A stretch of 60,238 nt of DNA, filler included, from 9 parts of 9 records of this genome joined end to end with filler, not necessarily neighbours in it, one strand, 5' to 3'. Counted from the whole stretch's first letter, positions 30,116-41,643 are shown. Numbers and translations: made by a program. Notes: a model not told the origin generated them from the sequence alone.

Positions 30116-30889
30116 TCACTTCTGAAACTGCGCATCAGCGCGTTGTTGCCACACACACGCACGCGCATAATCACGGGGTATACCCTCGCCTCCTTTCCGT
30201 AGGTAATCGGCGAGAGAGTGCTGTGCAAGCCAGTTTCCCTTATCAGCGGCAGATTCGAACAAGGCAAGCGCTTGGATGGGATCTCGTGGAACATCCCACC
30301 CCCAGCGATAGCGCACACCACGTGCACAGATGGCAGGAGGGAATCCATTGGCTGCTGCCCTGTCGTTCCATTGATGATCATCAATTCCGAGTTGCCACTG
30401 TCCTCCCGCGTGTCCCTGGACAGCTGCTCGATGATACCATTCCTGTGCTGCGTGACGATCCTTGCCCACTTCTTCCAAAGCATATCCATGAAGAAAGGCG
30501 TGATCCGGTGGGGTGTTGTGCGGTGTTGGTTCTGTGAAGAATCGTAGGGCTTCCCGTTCCCCTTGCCTGCCCACTTGTCGTACGCAGAAGAGAAGCTGCC
30601 CCTCTTTCCATGCATGCCCTCCAATCCATTTCAAGGCGTATACCATTCCAAGAAGAGCAGGTACGAATCGGGGATGACGTGCAAGCACCCGATCGTACAC
30701 AACCACAGCATCTCTCCAGGAATGTGTGTGAAGATACCGTTCCGCCTCTCTTGTTTCCCTCCACAGAAGATCCTCACAGATGGCGTGCCATTCATGACAG
30801 ACGAGGCGCACGGACTGGAATGTGCGTCTATCATCCACGAATGCAAGAATGGTTTCTTCCAGGTCCAGAGGAAGACGAGGTAGTTGCAT
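30116..30889 (-). CDS. Intronless F-box + TPR/Sel1-like repeat protein
   Basis: F-box LPLDLEETILAFVD..VRLVCHEWHAIC; Sel1-like repeats AQEWYHRAAVQGHAGGQWQLG, GWDVPRDPIQALALFESAADKGN, GIPRDYARA. Confidence 0.8.
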   Translation of the reverse strand: MQLPRLPLDLEETILAFVDDRRTFQSVRLVCHEWHAICEDLLWRETREAERYLHTHSWRDAVVVYDRVLARHPRFVPALLGMVYALKWIGGHAWKEGQLLFCVRQVGRQGEREALRFFTEPTPHNTPPDHAFLHGYALEEVGKDRHAAQEWYHRAAVQGHAGGQWQLGIDDHQWNDRAAANGFPPAICARGVRYRWGWDVPRDPIQALALFESAADKGNWLAQHSLADYLRKGGEGIPRDYARACVWQQRADAQFQK

Positions 30890-30998
30890 CGTCAGACCTA
30901 CACACACAGAACACACACGCAGAACACGTCCTGGAAAGAGTACAGACTGCAAGAGTGAGGGGAATTGAGGGACTGAAGGGGAATTTAGAATTCACTTC

Positions 30999-33272
30999 CT
31001 AATCCACATTCTCTGACGTCTCTTCCACTACAAGCCCCAACCGTTTGCGAAATTCTTCCTCCATGGCTCGTTGCGTGGCTGGAGAAAAGACAAGGGAGGG
31101 AATGAAAGGCGGATCTACCCCGAGACACCGGCAGTACCTTCATCCATGCTTTTCGTCTCAGGCAGATCTTCACCACTCGCCGCTCCCGCATCCATGTCAT
31201 CACCCTACCACGGATCTTGAAAGTTAGAGCATGCATTCCGAGGCTCTGAATGATTCGAACAAACCAGACGTGCTCGTGCACGCATCTCCTCTTCCTTCTG
31301 TTTTAGTTCATCGGCTCGAAATTGCATGCGTGTCGACATGTACTGTACGCGATCGATCTCTTGTTGGTAGAAAGCACCCATCAATCGTTCCTGTGAATTG
31401 TTGTGGCACGTTGGCCCTGTGGGGGACACAAGGACGGAGTACCTCGTTCGGCATGGGCCGGCGAAGGTTCCAGGGAATGTCCAGAATGTGCAATGTTCCG
31501 TGACTATCTCCCACCACCAGAAGGACCTCTTCTGTGACACGACAGCGACGTCAGAGAAAGAAAGAAAGAGGGGAAACGGGGCACACACTCCTACGGAGCG
31601 GGCTAAGGGTTGTTACCGCACAACTCGTGACCGTCACAACGGAGGACGGCTCATGCGACCGCTCCAGAAGATCCCATACTTCCAAATTTCCATCTCTTCG
31701 TCCAACAAAGATGACCTTGTTCGATCCCTCAATCAATACCAAGGCGAGTGATGAGCGGACGTACCGCGGGGCGTGTAGCAGACCAAATTGCGCAAGTGAT
31801 GGGACTTGGAGCATTCATGGATGTAAAGAGTGGTCGCTAGCAATGGCGGATAAGCGATCCGCGATCCACACCCACATACCCACGGGCACGCACGGGAATG
31901 TCGTCTTTCCATATCGTGAAGGACCAGTCGCCAGCGGCTAGAAGCATATCTTTGTGAAAGGGGGATCGCTCCAGGGCTACGACCGGCCCCGCGTGGGCGT
32001 CCACTGTGTTCACAAGCGATCCGTTCCTGTGAGCATCTACAACGATCAACTGCCCTTCCTGTTCCGGTTGTGAGAAGCCGTCGTCGTCCCCTTCTTCCCA
32101 CCTCTGTCCCAAGAAGAAAATGCCCCTGATCGGGCCACTCAAGTCCACTGAATGACATGCAGGCAGGTGACACCGGGCGCGACTCGAATTGGAGTCGCAA
32201 CCGGAGCTTGGGCGCCCACAGAATCGTTGTTGATTCAATGGTCCACAAACGGATCTGTACCCACCCAAAGATGTCTCACACAGTACAACGGACGGAGCAC
32301 ACGGAACGCAAACCTGTCCGTCGGGCGAGCATGTAGCAAGGCGCACATCTCCACCAACGCAGTCCTGTTCGAAAATCCTTATTCTTGCAAGGAAGGGGAC
32401 AGGAACAGTGTACCGTACGCACAGGCGCATGAGGCGGAAGCCATACCAAATCGGTGATTGGACACGTGTGACTCCCCTCAACTGTTGAGATGAGACGGGG
32501 CCTGTGACACACTGGCTAAGAGTTCTCGTCACCCATATAAACCACAAACCGCATTGTAATGGTTTTCCGAACTGTCGACACCTCTTCGGGACTGAGTGCA
32601 TCGCGTGCACGCTTCTCTGCTTCCTTTTCGGAATCATTCAGATCAAACAGCACAACCTATGCTTTGTCCGTCAATGTACAGACCAGACACTGTCCCATCC
32701 CATACCTTTCCATTCATGCAACCGCCTGCAAGGAGATTGTCATGAATCGTGTCAAATTCCATACAAAGCATATCTCCAGGGGTCTAACAGATCATGAGAA
32801 AAGGCAAACGCGGCAGCCTCAGCATCGCACTTCAAGGAGAAGTTGGGGTGTGAACACATCCTCGAATGTCCATACCAACGCAAAGGATTGCTCGGTACGT
32901 CCCGCCATATCCATTCGTTCATCAAGTGTCACCGTCTCACTATACGCTGCCGCAACAACACCTAACACATGCAACCTGTCATGAAAGAGAAGAAAAGGAG
33001 GACAGTAGCGCACCCCGACGATGTTTCTGGCAACTCAGTGCAGTTACCATCCGTCCTCGTGTGTATCCGACATTTGTGAAAGAATTAGACTCCTACGGTG
33101 TGTTTGTGAGGCGAACCTCGCACCCCCACCCTGTGCACCGCACCTTGACAACATCCTCTGCATTGTTCATAAAGGTATTTTGGCCCTCGCCATCTCCTGC
33201 CAAGTCATCCTTATCGATCTATTCTCGATATCCATCAGTTCACCCATCCATCCATCAGTTCATCCATCCATC
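30999..33272 (-). CDS. DNAI3: Eukaryotic multi-exon WD40 axonemal dynein intermediate chain (WDR63/DNAI3/IC140-like), 5' partial
   Basis: Exon peptides LVWTFEDVFTPQLLLE|TPGDMLC..LAGGCMNGK|VVLFD, SHTCPITDLVWLP, RSPFHKDMLLAAGDW, DGNLEVWDLLERSHEP, GDSHGTLHILDIPWNLRRP, EEEFRKRLG. GT-AG introns 32784-32830, 32657-32705, 31205-31264, 31079-31137. Stop TAG 30999-31001. Confidence 0.82.
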
Positions 33273-33372
33273 NNNNNNNNNNNNNNNNNNNNNNNNNNNN
33301 NNNNNNNNNNNNNNNNTTAATTAATTAANNNNNNNNNNNNNNNNNNNNNNNNNNNNNNNNNNNNNNNNNNNN
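33273..33372. other. Artificial contig spacer
   Basis: N44-TTAATTAATTAA-N44. Confidence 0.99.
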
Positions 33373-34282
33373 GGGGAACCCCGGAAATACAGCGCCTGAA
33401 AAAAATATCCGGCGGTTTGCAGAAATGGACTGCGCCGTTATCATCCGGGGTGAAATCGGAACCGGCAAGGAGTTGGTTGCAAGAACCATCCATAAATTGA
33501 GCCGCCGGAAAGACCAGCGGTTTTTAGCCTTTGACTGCGGTTGTTTCAGCAAGGATTTTCGTTTTGCCGAGTTGGTTTCCTCCCAGGAGGATGCGCCAAA
33601 ATATGGTTCATCTACCAAGGAAGCCGCATCATTAAACCGATTGTCCTATGCCGGCACCATCCTTTTGGATCATATTGAAAATATGCCAGAGGAAACCCAG
33701 AAGGAGATGCTTCAATTGATAGACGGGAAAACATCGTTGTCTGATTCGCCCATGGATGTCAGGTTTATCGTTGTTGCCCATCAAAACATTGAAGAAAAAA
33801 TCATCAAAGGCAAGTTCCAGATGGAACTTTATCGTAAAATACGTGCCATTGAAGTCGAAATCCCCCCGTTGCGCATGCGAATGGACGATCTGCCCATGCT
33901 CTGTCATTATTTTTTAGGTCAATTAAATGAAGGGTTTGGTAAAAAGATAAAAGCCTTCTCCGATGAGGTGTTTACGGTGCTGGAGGCCTATTCGTTCCCG
34001 GGAAATGTCAGAGAGCTGCGGGAAATTGTCGAACGGGCCGTTATTTTGGCTGATGACGATACCATCACCCTTAAAGATCTGCCCAGAAGACTGAACAGGA
34101 AAAATGTCAAAAGAAAATCCAGTGACAACGCCCCGTTTCTTACCATTCAGGAAATGGAACAAAAGCATATCCTCAAGGCCATTGAAAGGACCCGGGGCAA
34201 CAAAACCAAAGCAGCGGAGCTTCTGGGAATCAGCCGGTCTGCACTGTGGAGAAAACTGAGGCTGATTTCCGACAAATTATAA
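33373..34282 (+). CDS. NtrC-like AAA+/Fis-HTH regulator, 5' partial, degenerate central domain
   Basis: GEIGTGKELVARTIH, IPPLR, FPGNVRELR, NKTKAAELLGISRSALWRKL; no GAFTGA; Walker B reads LLDHI. Confidence 0.88.
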
Positions 34283-34506
34283 ATTTTTAAAAAAGCCACC
34301 CTGTGCAATTCCCAAGGTCATGCGGATCCTGCCCCTTATTTTATGATCCATTTGTGTTTATGTCGTGTATTGGACGGTTTTTGAAACAGCAAATGTTTCA
34401 TTTTTAAAATTAATTTATATTTAATGTTTGCTTTTTAAACTATTTGCTTTATATATGTTCCATATGTTGATAGCTTATGGGCCATAACCCTTAGTAAGGC
34501 TAATAT

Positions 34507-34877
34507 ATGAAACACTATAATATATTGATTGTTGATGATGAGGAACGGTATGCAGCCATGCTGGCCACCCGGTTAAAACTGCGGGGGTTTTCCTGCATGA
34601 CCTGTAACGATGGGCAAACTGCCATTGACACAATAGGAAAGATCTCTTTTTCCTGGGTGATTCTGGATTTGCGGCTGCCTGACATCTACGGATCAGACGT
34701 ATTGTTTCAAATTAAAACAATTGCCCCCCCACCCGGGTCATTATTCTTACCGGGCACGGGACGGATAAAGACCGGCGTCAATGTATGGAACGGGGCGCCC
34801 ATTCTTTTATGAATAAGCCTCTGGATATTGATCAAATGATCTCTATTATGGGCCAGGATGAAAATTCGCCGGTATGA
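34507..34877 (+). CDS. Single-domain response regulator, frameshifted at C7 run 34724-34730
   Basis: IVDDE, LDLRLPD; +1 base gives RVIILTGHG..FMNKPLDI..PV*, with the stop ATGA-coupled to the kinase. Confidence 0.85.
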
Positions 34878-36631
34878 TAGATACGTTTAAATCAAATTTA
34901 AAGTCGTTTTTTCCGTATTTTCACCGGTCAGAACATCTTAATCCCTATTATACCTTTCAGGATTACCGCAGAATCTGGGGCAAGGTGGTTTCTCTTCTTA
35001 TGATTACGGCATTGCTCCCCCTTGCGGCAATGACATTGATTTATTATGAGCTTGTTAACCAGTCCATCAACACCGAATCCCTTTTGCGTACAGAACGTCT
35101 GGCCTCCAATGCCCGCAGAGCCGTTACCTTCTTTTTAGAAGAGCGCATAGACGCCTTGACGTTTACAGCCGAGGAGATGGGCTATGAGAGATTGAGCGAT
35201 CCCCATCGCCTGGAAGAGGTGTTCGGGAATTTGAAGCTTGGATTCGGGGGCGTGACCGACTTGAGCGTGATTGCCGATAACGGCTTCCAGGTGGCCTATG
35301 CCGGACCCTTTAATCTTAAAGGAAAGGACTACTCAAGCCAATCCTGGTTTTTGGACTGCCGTCAGCATAACGCCTGCGTCAGCGAAGTCTTTTCAGGGCA
35401 TCGCGGTCTTCCCCATATCGTTGTTGCCGTAAAATCCAGGCGTCCGGACGGCGGTTTTTTCATGCTGAGAATGACCCTGGATACAGAACGGCTGATCCAG
35501 GCCCTCTCCTCCTATAATACAGGGGAACACACAGATATATTTTTAATAAACCGCCAGGGCAGGATGCAGACCCCTTCACGATTTTACGAAGGACAGCCCC
35601 GCCAGTCGGCCATCCCTCTCCCCGCGTATTCAGAGCGGACAAAGGCATTGATTACAGCCGATTCAAAGGGTCAGTCCCTGGTGGTCGGGTACGCCTTTAT
35701 CAACACTGAAATTGTCCCCACCTCCTTTATCCTCATGGTCGTGAAAAAGAAACAGGGAATGATGAAGGTCTGGCTTGATCTGCGATCCAATATCAACTGG
35801 TTTTTGTTTGTCAGTTCCTGCATCATTATCCTTGTCATTTTTCTGACCTCTTCTTTTATGGTGAACAAGATGTGTGATGCGGACCGGGAAAAGGCCAGAA
35901 CCATGGCGGCGGCGGAGCAGAACTGCCGACTGGCGTCCATCGGGCAATTGGCGGCCGGGGTGGCCCATGAGATTAACAACCCCCTGGCGCTGATCAATGA
36001 AACAGCCGGATATGTAAGGGATCTTTTCACCATAAAAAAACGGTATAAAGATGATCCAGAATTGATTGAGCACATTGATTCCATCATTGAAACCGTAGAA
36101 AGGTGCGGGACGATTACCCGGCAATTGCTCGGGTTTTCCAGGCATTTTGATGTCCAGATACAGGGTATCGAGCTTAAGCGCATGGTTGTGGATGTCCTTA
36201 ATTTCCACAATAAAGAGGCCCAATACCGGGATATCACCATCAATAAGGATATTCCAGATACCCTCCCCCTGATTGAAACCGACAGGGGAAAACTTCAACA
36301 GATTCTTCTGAACCTTGTGAACAACGCCTTCCATGCAATCAGCAATGGCGGCGTGCTGGATATTAAAGCCGGACTGGAGAACGGGGGGCAACACGTTTCT
36401 CTGGTAATCCGTGACAATGGATGCGGTATTTCAGAAGCGCATTTGTCTAAAATTTTTGAGCCCTTTTTTACAACCAAAAAGGAAGGAAAAGGGACGGGGC
36501 TGGGGCTTTCCATTACCTATGGTCTGGTAAAAAAATTACATGGAGATATTAGAGTCAAAAGCAAACTCGGCAAAGGAACCACATTTAGAGTTACCCTGCC
36601 GATTCAGGTAGAAAGGGATTTTTCAGAATGA
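34874..36631 (+). CDS. Cache-domain sensor histidine kinase (NtrB-type)
   Basis: Two TM helices, AHEINNPL, NLVNNA, DNGCGI, FFTTK..GTGLGL. Confidence 0.93.
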   Translation: MIDTFKSNLKSFFPYFHRSEHLNPYYTFQDYRRIWGKVVSLLMITALLPLAAMTLIYYELVNQSINTESLLRTERLASNARRAVTFFLEERIDALTFTAEEMGYERLSDPHRLEEVFGNLKLGFGGVTDLSVIADNGFQVAYAGPFNLKGKDYSSQSWFLDCRQHNACVSEVFSGHRGLPHIVVAVKSRRPDGGFFMLRMTLDTERLIQALSSYNTGEHTDIFLINRQGRMQTPSRFYEGQPRQSAIPLPAYSERTKALITADSKGQSLVVGYAFINTEIVPTSFILMVVKKKQGMMKVWLDLRSNINWFLFVSSCIIILVIFLTSSFMVNKMCDADREKARTMAAAEQNCRLASIGQLAAGVAHEINNPLALINETAGYVRDLFTIKKRYKDDPELIEHIDSIIETVERCGTITRQLLGFSRHFDVQIQGIELKRMVVDVLNFHNKEAQYRDITINKDIPDTLPLIETDRGKLQQILLNLVNNAFHAISNGGVLDIKAGLENGGQHVSLVIRDNGCGISEAHLSKIFEPFFTTKKEGKGTGLGLSITYGLVKKLHGDIRVKSKLGKGTTFRVTLPIQVERDFSE

Positions 36632-36987
36632 ATATTTTGTTGGTGGATGATGAAAAAAAATTTGTAATGATGCTTGCTAAACGACTCGAATTGAGAGGGT
36701 TTCAGGTATCTTTCGTCAACACCGGTATTGACGCCGTCCAATTGGTCAAAAAGGGTGAACAATTTGATGTCGGGATCCTGGATGTCAAAATGCCCGGAAT
36801 CGGCGGCATTGAACTTCAGCGGGAACTGCATCGGCTGGATCCGAATATGGAATTTATTTTTCTTACGGGCCACGGATCAGATAACGACTATCTGGCTGGA
36901 GACAAAGAGGCCATGCAGTATCTGCCAAAGCCCATAAAGATAGATGTGGTTGTAGACGCTTTGTTAAAGGCGGCTGGAAATGAATAG
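36628..36987 (+). CDS. Single-domain response regulator
   Basis: LVDDE, LDVKMPG, LTGHG, KP. Confidence 0.92.
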   Translation: MNILLVDDEKKFVMMLAKRLELRGFQVSFVNTGIDAVQLVKKGEQFDVGILDVKMPGIGGIELQRELHRLDPNMEFIFLTGHGSDNDYLAGDKEAMQYLPKPIKIDVVVDALLKAAGNE

Positions 36988-37071
36988 GGCGATCTGTCCG
37001 GGTGAGCCCTTTGATAAAAGTTGGCAGGATTTGTTTTAAAAGAGAGAGCATGAAGATAACTGGAGGCATGA

Positions 37072-37749
37072 ATGGAGTCTAACCCTAAGCTTTTTAATTA
37101 TGAAAACCTGGCTTTTTTCGGCCGGGTCAATGCGTCGATCTCCCATGAACTGAAAAATATAATGGCCATTATATCTGAAACGGCCGGACTTCTCAGTGAT
37201 CTTTCACACATGGCCCGAAAAGGAGGGACCATTGAGCTTGAGATCCTGACGGACAACACGGAAAGCATTATCGAAGAGATCCAGCGGGGCTTTGCCACCA
37301 TCCGGCAGATGAACCGGTTTTCCCACAGCATTGATACCCCGGTTGTTTCCGTTGACTTGAGACAAATTCTGGATCTGGTCAGCCATCTTTGCGGATATTT
37401 ATCCTTTGCCGGTAAAATTCAAATCCATCCGGTTCAAGAAGATGCCCCCCTGGTCATGACCTCTCCTTTCATCCTTCAGACCATTATTTATGAGACAATG
37501 GTCTGCATATTCCGCCAGGCCGGTTCAAAGGCTGTGCTGGATCTGCTGATAAAGCCCGCCGACCATGCCTGGCTCATCATTATTAAAGGGTTTAAAAACT
37601 GTGACGGGGCTGCCAATGCGGATATCCGGCGCATGGCCGCATCAATCGGCGTGTCAATCCATTGCAAATCTTCGTCAGATCAGTTTGAGATAAAGGTCCC
37701 TGTTTCCTCTCAAATGCTTGGGAGCGGCCCGGGGTCAGGGAAAGAATAA
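37072..37749 (+). CDS. Histidine-kinase-like protein with H-box but degenerate ATPase domain
   Basis: FFGRVNASISHELKNIMAII; no recognisable N, G1 or G2 boxes; GGAGG RBS. Confidence 0.75.
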   Translation: MESNPKLFNYENLAFFGRVNASISHELKNIMAIISETAGLLSDLSHMARKGGTIELEILTDNTESIIEEIQRGFATIRQMNRFSHSIDTPVVSVDLRQILDLVSHLCGYLSFAGKIQIHPVQEDAPLVMTSPFILQTIIYETMVCIFRQAGSKAVLDLLIKPADHAWLIIIKGFKNCDGAANADIRRMAASIGVSIHCKSSSDQFEIKVPVSSQMLGSGPGSGKE

Positions 37750-37808
37750 AAAGAATTAAGATAAATATTAAACATCGTTTAATCAACCGATACAAAAAGG
37801 AAGGAATC

Positions 37809-38303
37809 ATGGATACAGATAATAAAATAAGAATTCTTATGGTGGATGATGAAGTCAAATATCTAGATGCCATTTCAAGCCGTTTGAGTTTAAAGGGGTT
37901 TGAAGTCACGACCGCCGCCGATGGAGATCAGGCCGTTAATGAAGCCCAAAACGGGCATTTTGACGTGGCACTGCTTGACCTTCAGATGCCGGGCACCGAC
38001 GGTTCCCAGGTTCTTAAAATCCTGAAAGAAAACCATAAATTCATTGAAATTATCATGCTCACGGGACATGCAACCGTTGATTCCGCAGTGGAATGCACGA
38101 AACTTGGGGCATTCAAATATTTGGAAAAATCCTATGATTTTGACAAATTGGTGGAGGCGCTGCAACAGGCCTACCAGTCCAGGATGGAAAAGAAATTTGA
38201 AAGCAATGAGAAACGCATGGAAGCCATTGCCCAGATCGCCATGGGGCAGTCTCCCCTGGGCGTACTCAGAGAAATGGCACAATTGGACGACGGCCGCAAA
38301 TAA
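37809..38303 (+). CDS. Response regulator receiver with short C-terminal extension
   Basis: MVDDE, LDLQMPG, LTGHA, YLEK. Confidence 0.9.
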   Translation: MDTDNKIRILMVDDEVKYLDAISSRLSLKGFEVTTAADGDQAVNEAQNGHFDVALLDLQMPGTDGSQVLKILKENHKFIEIIMLTGHATVDSAVECTKLGAFKYLEKSYDFDKLVEALQQAYQSRMEKKFESNEKRMEAIAQIAMGQSPLGVLREMAQLDDGRK

Positions 38304-38361
38304 AACTGCAGCCATTTAGCAAAGCACCCATCAGAAGAAAACATAAAGACAGGAGAGGTAC

Positions 38362-39360
38362 ATGTTGGTAAAGGTATTTCCATTTTTGGCGTGGTTCAAA
38401 AATTACGATAAATCATCTCTTCAGCTCGATGCGCTGTCCGGGTTAACCGTGGCCCTGGTTTTGATCCCTCAATCCATGGCGTATGCGCAGCTGGCCGGCA
38501 TGCCGGCATATTACGGATTATACGCGTCTTTTCTGCCGCCCATGATTGCAGCGCTGTTCGGTTCCAGCCGGCAGCTGGCCACAGGACCTGTGGCCGTCGT
38601 CTCATTAATGACCGCAGCCTCCCTGGCCCCCCTGGCCACGGCAGGCAGTTCAGGATATATTGCCTATGCCATCCTTCTGGCCTTTATGGTGGGGGCGTTT
38701 CAGTTGATCCTGGGGGTTTTACGGCTGGGCGTGGTGGTCAATTTCCTATCCCATCCCGTGGTCAACGGGTTTACCAATGCCGCTGCCATCATCATTGCCT
38801 CTTCCCAGCTTTCCAAAATGTTCGGGGTCTATGTGGATTCGGCGCCCCATCATTATGAAACCATTATCCATGTGGTGGAATCCGCCATTCACTATACCCA
38901 TTGGCCCTCATTATTCATGGGGATTCTGGCCTTTGGGGTCATGTACGGGCTCAAGTGGCTTTCCCCAAGGATTCCCAACGTTCTCGTTGCCGTGGTCCTC
39001 ACAACAACCATCTCCTGGGCCATTGGATTTAATTGTGACCGGACAGCCGGTATTGACAGTATTGAATCCCCTGCTGCCCGGAAAATGATTGAAGGATTCA
39101 ACACGGCGTCCCTGGCATTGCCGCCCCTGGCTGAAGGCCGGACCCGGTTCGGTGCTCAACTGGAAAAGGCAAAACAGAATCACGATCAGATCGGGGTTCT
39201 GGATGCCGAGCATCATGTGGACGTGGCCAATGTAAATATGGCCCGTATTCAAAATCAAGTTCATACCTATCGGGAGCAGATCAGAACGGTTTTATTTGCA
39301 GGTGTTGCCCAGCCGGACGGCTCCTATAAGTTTTTTCCCAAAGGGGAGGTGCCCGAAGGG
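38362..39360 (+). CDS. SulP/SLC26-family anion permease, 3' partial
   Basis: GLTVALVLIPQSMAYAQLAG, GSSRQLATGPVA, FLSHPVVNGFT. Confidence 0.93.
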
Positions 39361-39460
39361 NNNNNNNNNNNNNNNNNNNNNNNNNNNNNNNNNNNNNNNN
39401 NNNNTTAATTAATTAANNNNNNNNNNNNNNNNNNNNNNNNNNNNNNNNNNNNNNNNNNNN
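39361..39460. other. Artificial contig spacer
   Basis: N44-TTAATTAATTAA-N44. Confidence 0.99.
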
Positions 39461-40378
39461 GTAATAGCGATAATCCAGTGGATCATATCCCTTTTTTATC
39501 AAGTAATCCAAGGTAAGAAACTCACCTTTCGATTTCGACATCTTTCCGGTATCATCAATCAGGAACTCTCCATGCAGCCAGTAATTAACCCATTTTTTAC
39601 CGGTTGCTGCCTCGGACTGAGCAATTTCATTCGTGTGATGCACGTTGACATGGTCCGTCCCGCCGCAATGAATATCGAATTGTTCACCCAGATACTTCAT
39701 GCTCATGGCACTGCACTCAACATGCCAGCCGGGATAGCCCTTTCCCCAGGGAGAGTCCCAAACCATAACTTGATTTTCGAATTTTGAGTTTGTAAACCAC
39801 AGAGCGAAGTCTTTCGGGTTCTTCTTGCTTTCATCAACCTGAATCCGGGCCCCGGACTGCAGCTCATCCAGTTTCAGTCCTGCCATTTTCCCATACTCGG
39901 GGAAGGTATCAATACTGAAATAGACGTTTCCTCCGGAGGTATAGGTATGTCCCCGCTCTTCCAGCCGCTTGATCAGTTCTATCATCTCATCAATATGTTC
40001 AGTGGCCTTGCAGGCAATAGACGGTCGCTTGATATTTAAACGATCAGTATCGTTAAAAAATGCATCTGTATAGAATTCGGCAATCTCCCAGACTGTTTTT
40101 CCTGTTTCCCGAGAAGATTTGAGCATTTTATCCTCACCGTCATCATTATCACCGGTAAGGTGTCCGACATCGGTGATGTTCATTACATGAGTTACCAAGT
40201 ACTTCCCATATTCCAGAGTTCGTCTCAGGATATCCTCAAAAATATAGGTTCTGAGATTTCCTATATGGGCATAGTTATAGACTGTGTGACCACAGGCATA
40301 GAGAGAAACTTCCTGTTGTTTCAGCGGAATAAAATCCATCAGTTCACGATTGTAGGTGTTATATAGTTTTATATTCAT
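39461..40378 (-). CDS. cysS: Cysteine--tRNA ligase, 3' partial
   Basis: [33 protein letters not shown]. Start ATG 40378 after AGGAG. Confidence 0.96.
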
Positions 40379-40602
40379 CTGATCTCCTGAAGTCATGGTA
40401 TATCCGATTATGAAAAAATCATCCTGTTTTGAAACAAGTTTACGGAGATACCACTGCAATCATAATGTACAGTATTCAGTTTGTATTGACAACACACCTT
40501 GCGCCTCCTTTTACTGCAGCCGCACAGCAAAATATAACTGCTGTTATGCAATACATGAATATCGGCTGAAATCTTTCAGCTCTGTTTACCCGTACCACAT
40601 AA

Positions 40603-41600
40603 ATGCTCTACAATGTTGTTGTGAAGAACAGCAAACCTGCGGTCAATCAATTTATACAAATCTTTAACGAATCAAACATCCCGGCGGAAATCTTGTTCGA
40701 TCAGGAGATGCGGCAGTACACATCATTTCTTACCGGCGGATCGTCAGAAGTGCTGGCCTTTCCCGAATCAGTTCAGGCAGCACAGATGATTCTGAAAATT
40801 ACAGCACAGACAGGCCTTGCGGTAACTATCATCGGCCAGGGAACCAATGTATTGATTTCCGATACTGGTATAGAGGGAGTTGTCCTGCATACCGGCAGTT
40901 TACAGTCACTTCACCATGAAGGAACACGACTGTTTTCCGGGTGCGGAGTCAATATTTCGACACTGGTTGAATATGCTGCTGAACACGGGCTAAGCGGTCT
41001 GGAAGGTTTTTACGGATTACCCGGGACTGTCGGCGGTGCGGTATATGGTAACGCCGGCTGCTTCGGATATGAAATTTCAGATGCACTATTGGAAATATGC
41101 AGTATTGATCAACAGGGTAATCGGCATATTTGGCAAAAGAAAGATATCGAATTCAGCTATAGATCATCAATTTTTTCCCGAAACAGGCACCTGATTACCG
41201 GTGTTGTTTTTGATCTTGAAAATGGGAAAGGGACGGCTGCGCAAATGACGGAAGCACGGTCATACAAAAAACGCCGAATCGATAAAAACCATTTTGCATT
41301 TCCCTGTGCCGGTTCCATATTCAAAAAACCGATTCTTCCTGATAGTCATCCGATGCATGGTAAACCGGCTGGAGAAATAATCGATTTGGCAAATTTACGC
41401 GGCGCATGGTCGGGAGGAGCACAAATAGCACCATATCATGCAAATTTTATCATCAATCCTGAACAAAAAGCCACTTCTTCTGATATACTGTCGCTAATCA
41501 CTATGATTCAGGAAACTGTGGCGGAAAAATTCGCGGTTCGGCTGGAATGTGAAATACGTTTTATCGGTTACGGGAAAAAGCTGCTGCAGAGAGGACTTAA
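40603..41600 (+). CDS. murB: UDP-N-acetylenolpyruvoylglucosamine reductase (true stop probably TAA 41598-41600)
   Basis: GQGTNVL, PGTVGGAVYGNAG, FSYRSS, CAGSIFK, HANFIIN, LECEIRFIG. Confidence 0.88.
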
Positions 41601-41643
41601 CCGGAATACCTGGAAAACGCAAATAAAAATAAGGGAGTTGATT

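Noticed and set aside
27271..33272. Non-standard genetic code in the eukaryotic contig
   Set aside because: In the parts I traced, stops are removed by GT-AG introns and genes end at TAG or TGA; no sign of reassignment, though not all exons were resolved.
27458..33324. Dozens of short overlapping ORFs suggesting a phage or novel small-protein cluster
   Set aside because: Explained as exon fragments and shadows of three eukaryotic genes.
34330..34506. Sigma54 promoter upstream of the response-regulator cluster
   Set aside because: I found no convincing TGGC-N9-TGC match.
40285..40295. CysRS motif CGHTVY instead of CGPTVY
   Set aside because: This position varies among CysRS enzymes; the Cys ligand, HIGN and KMSKS are intact.
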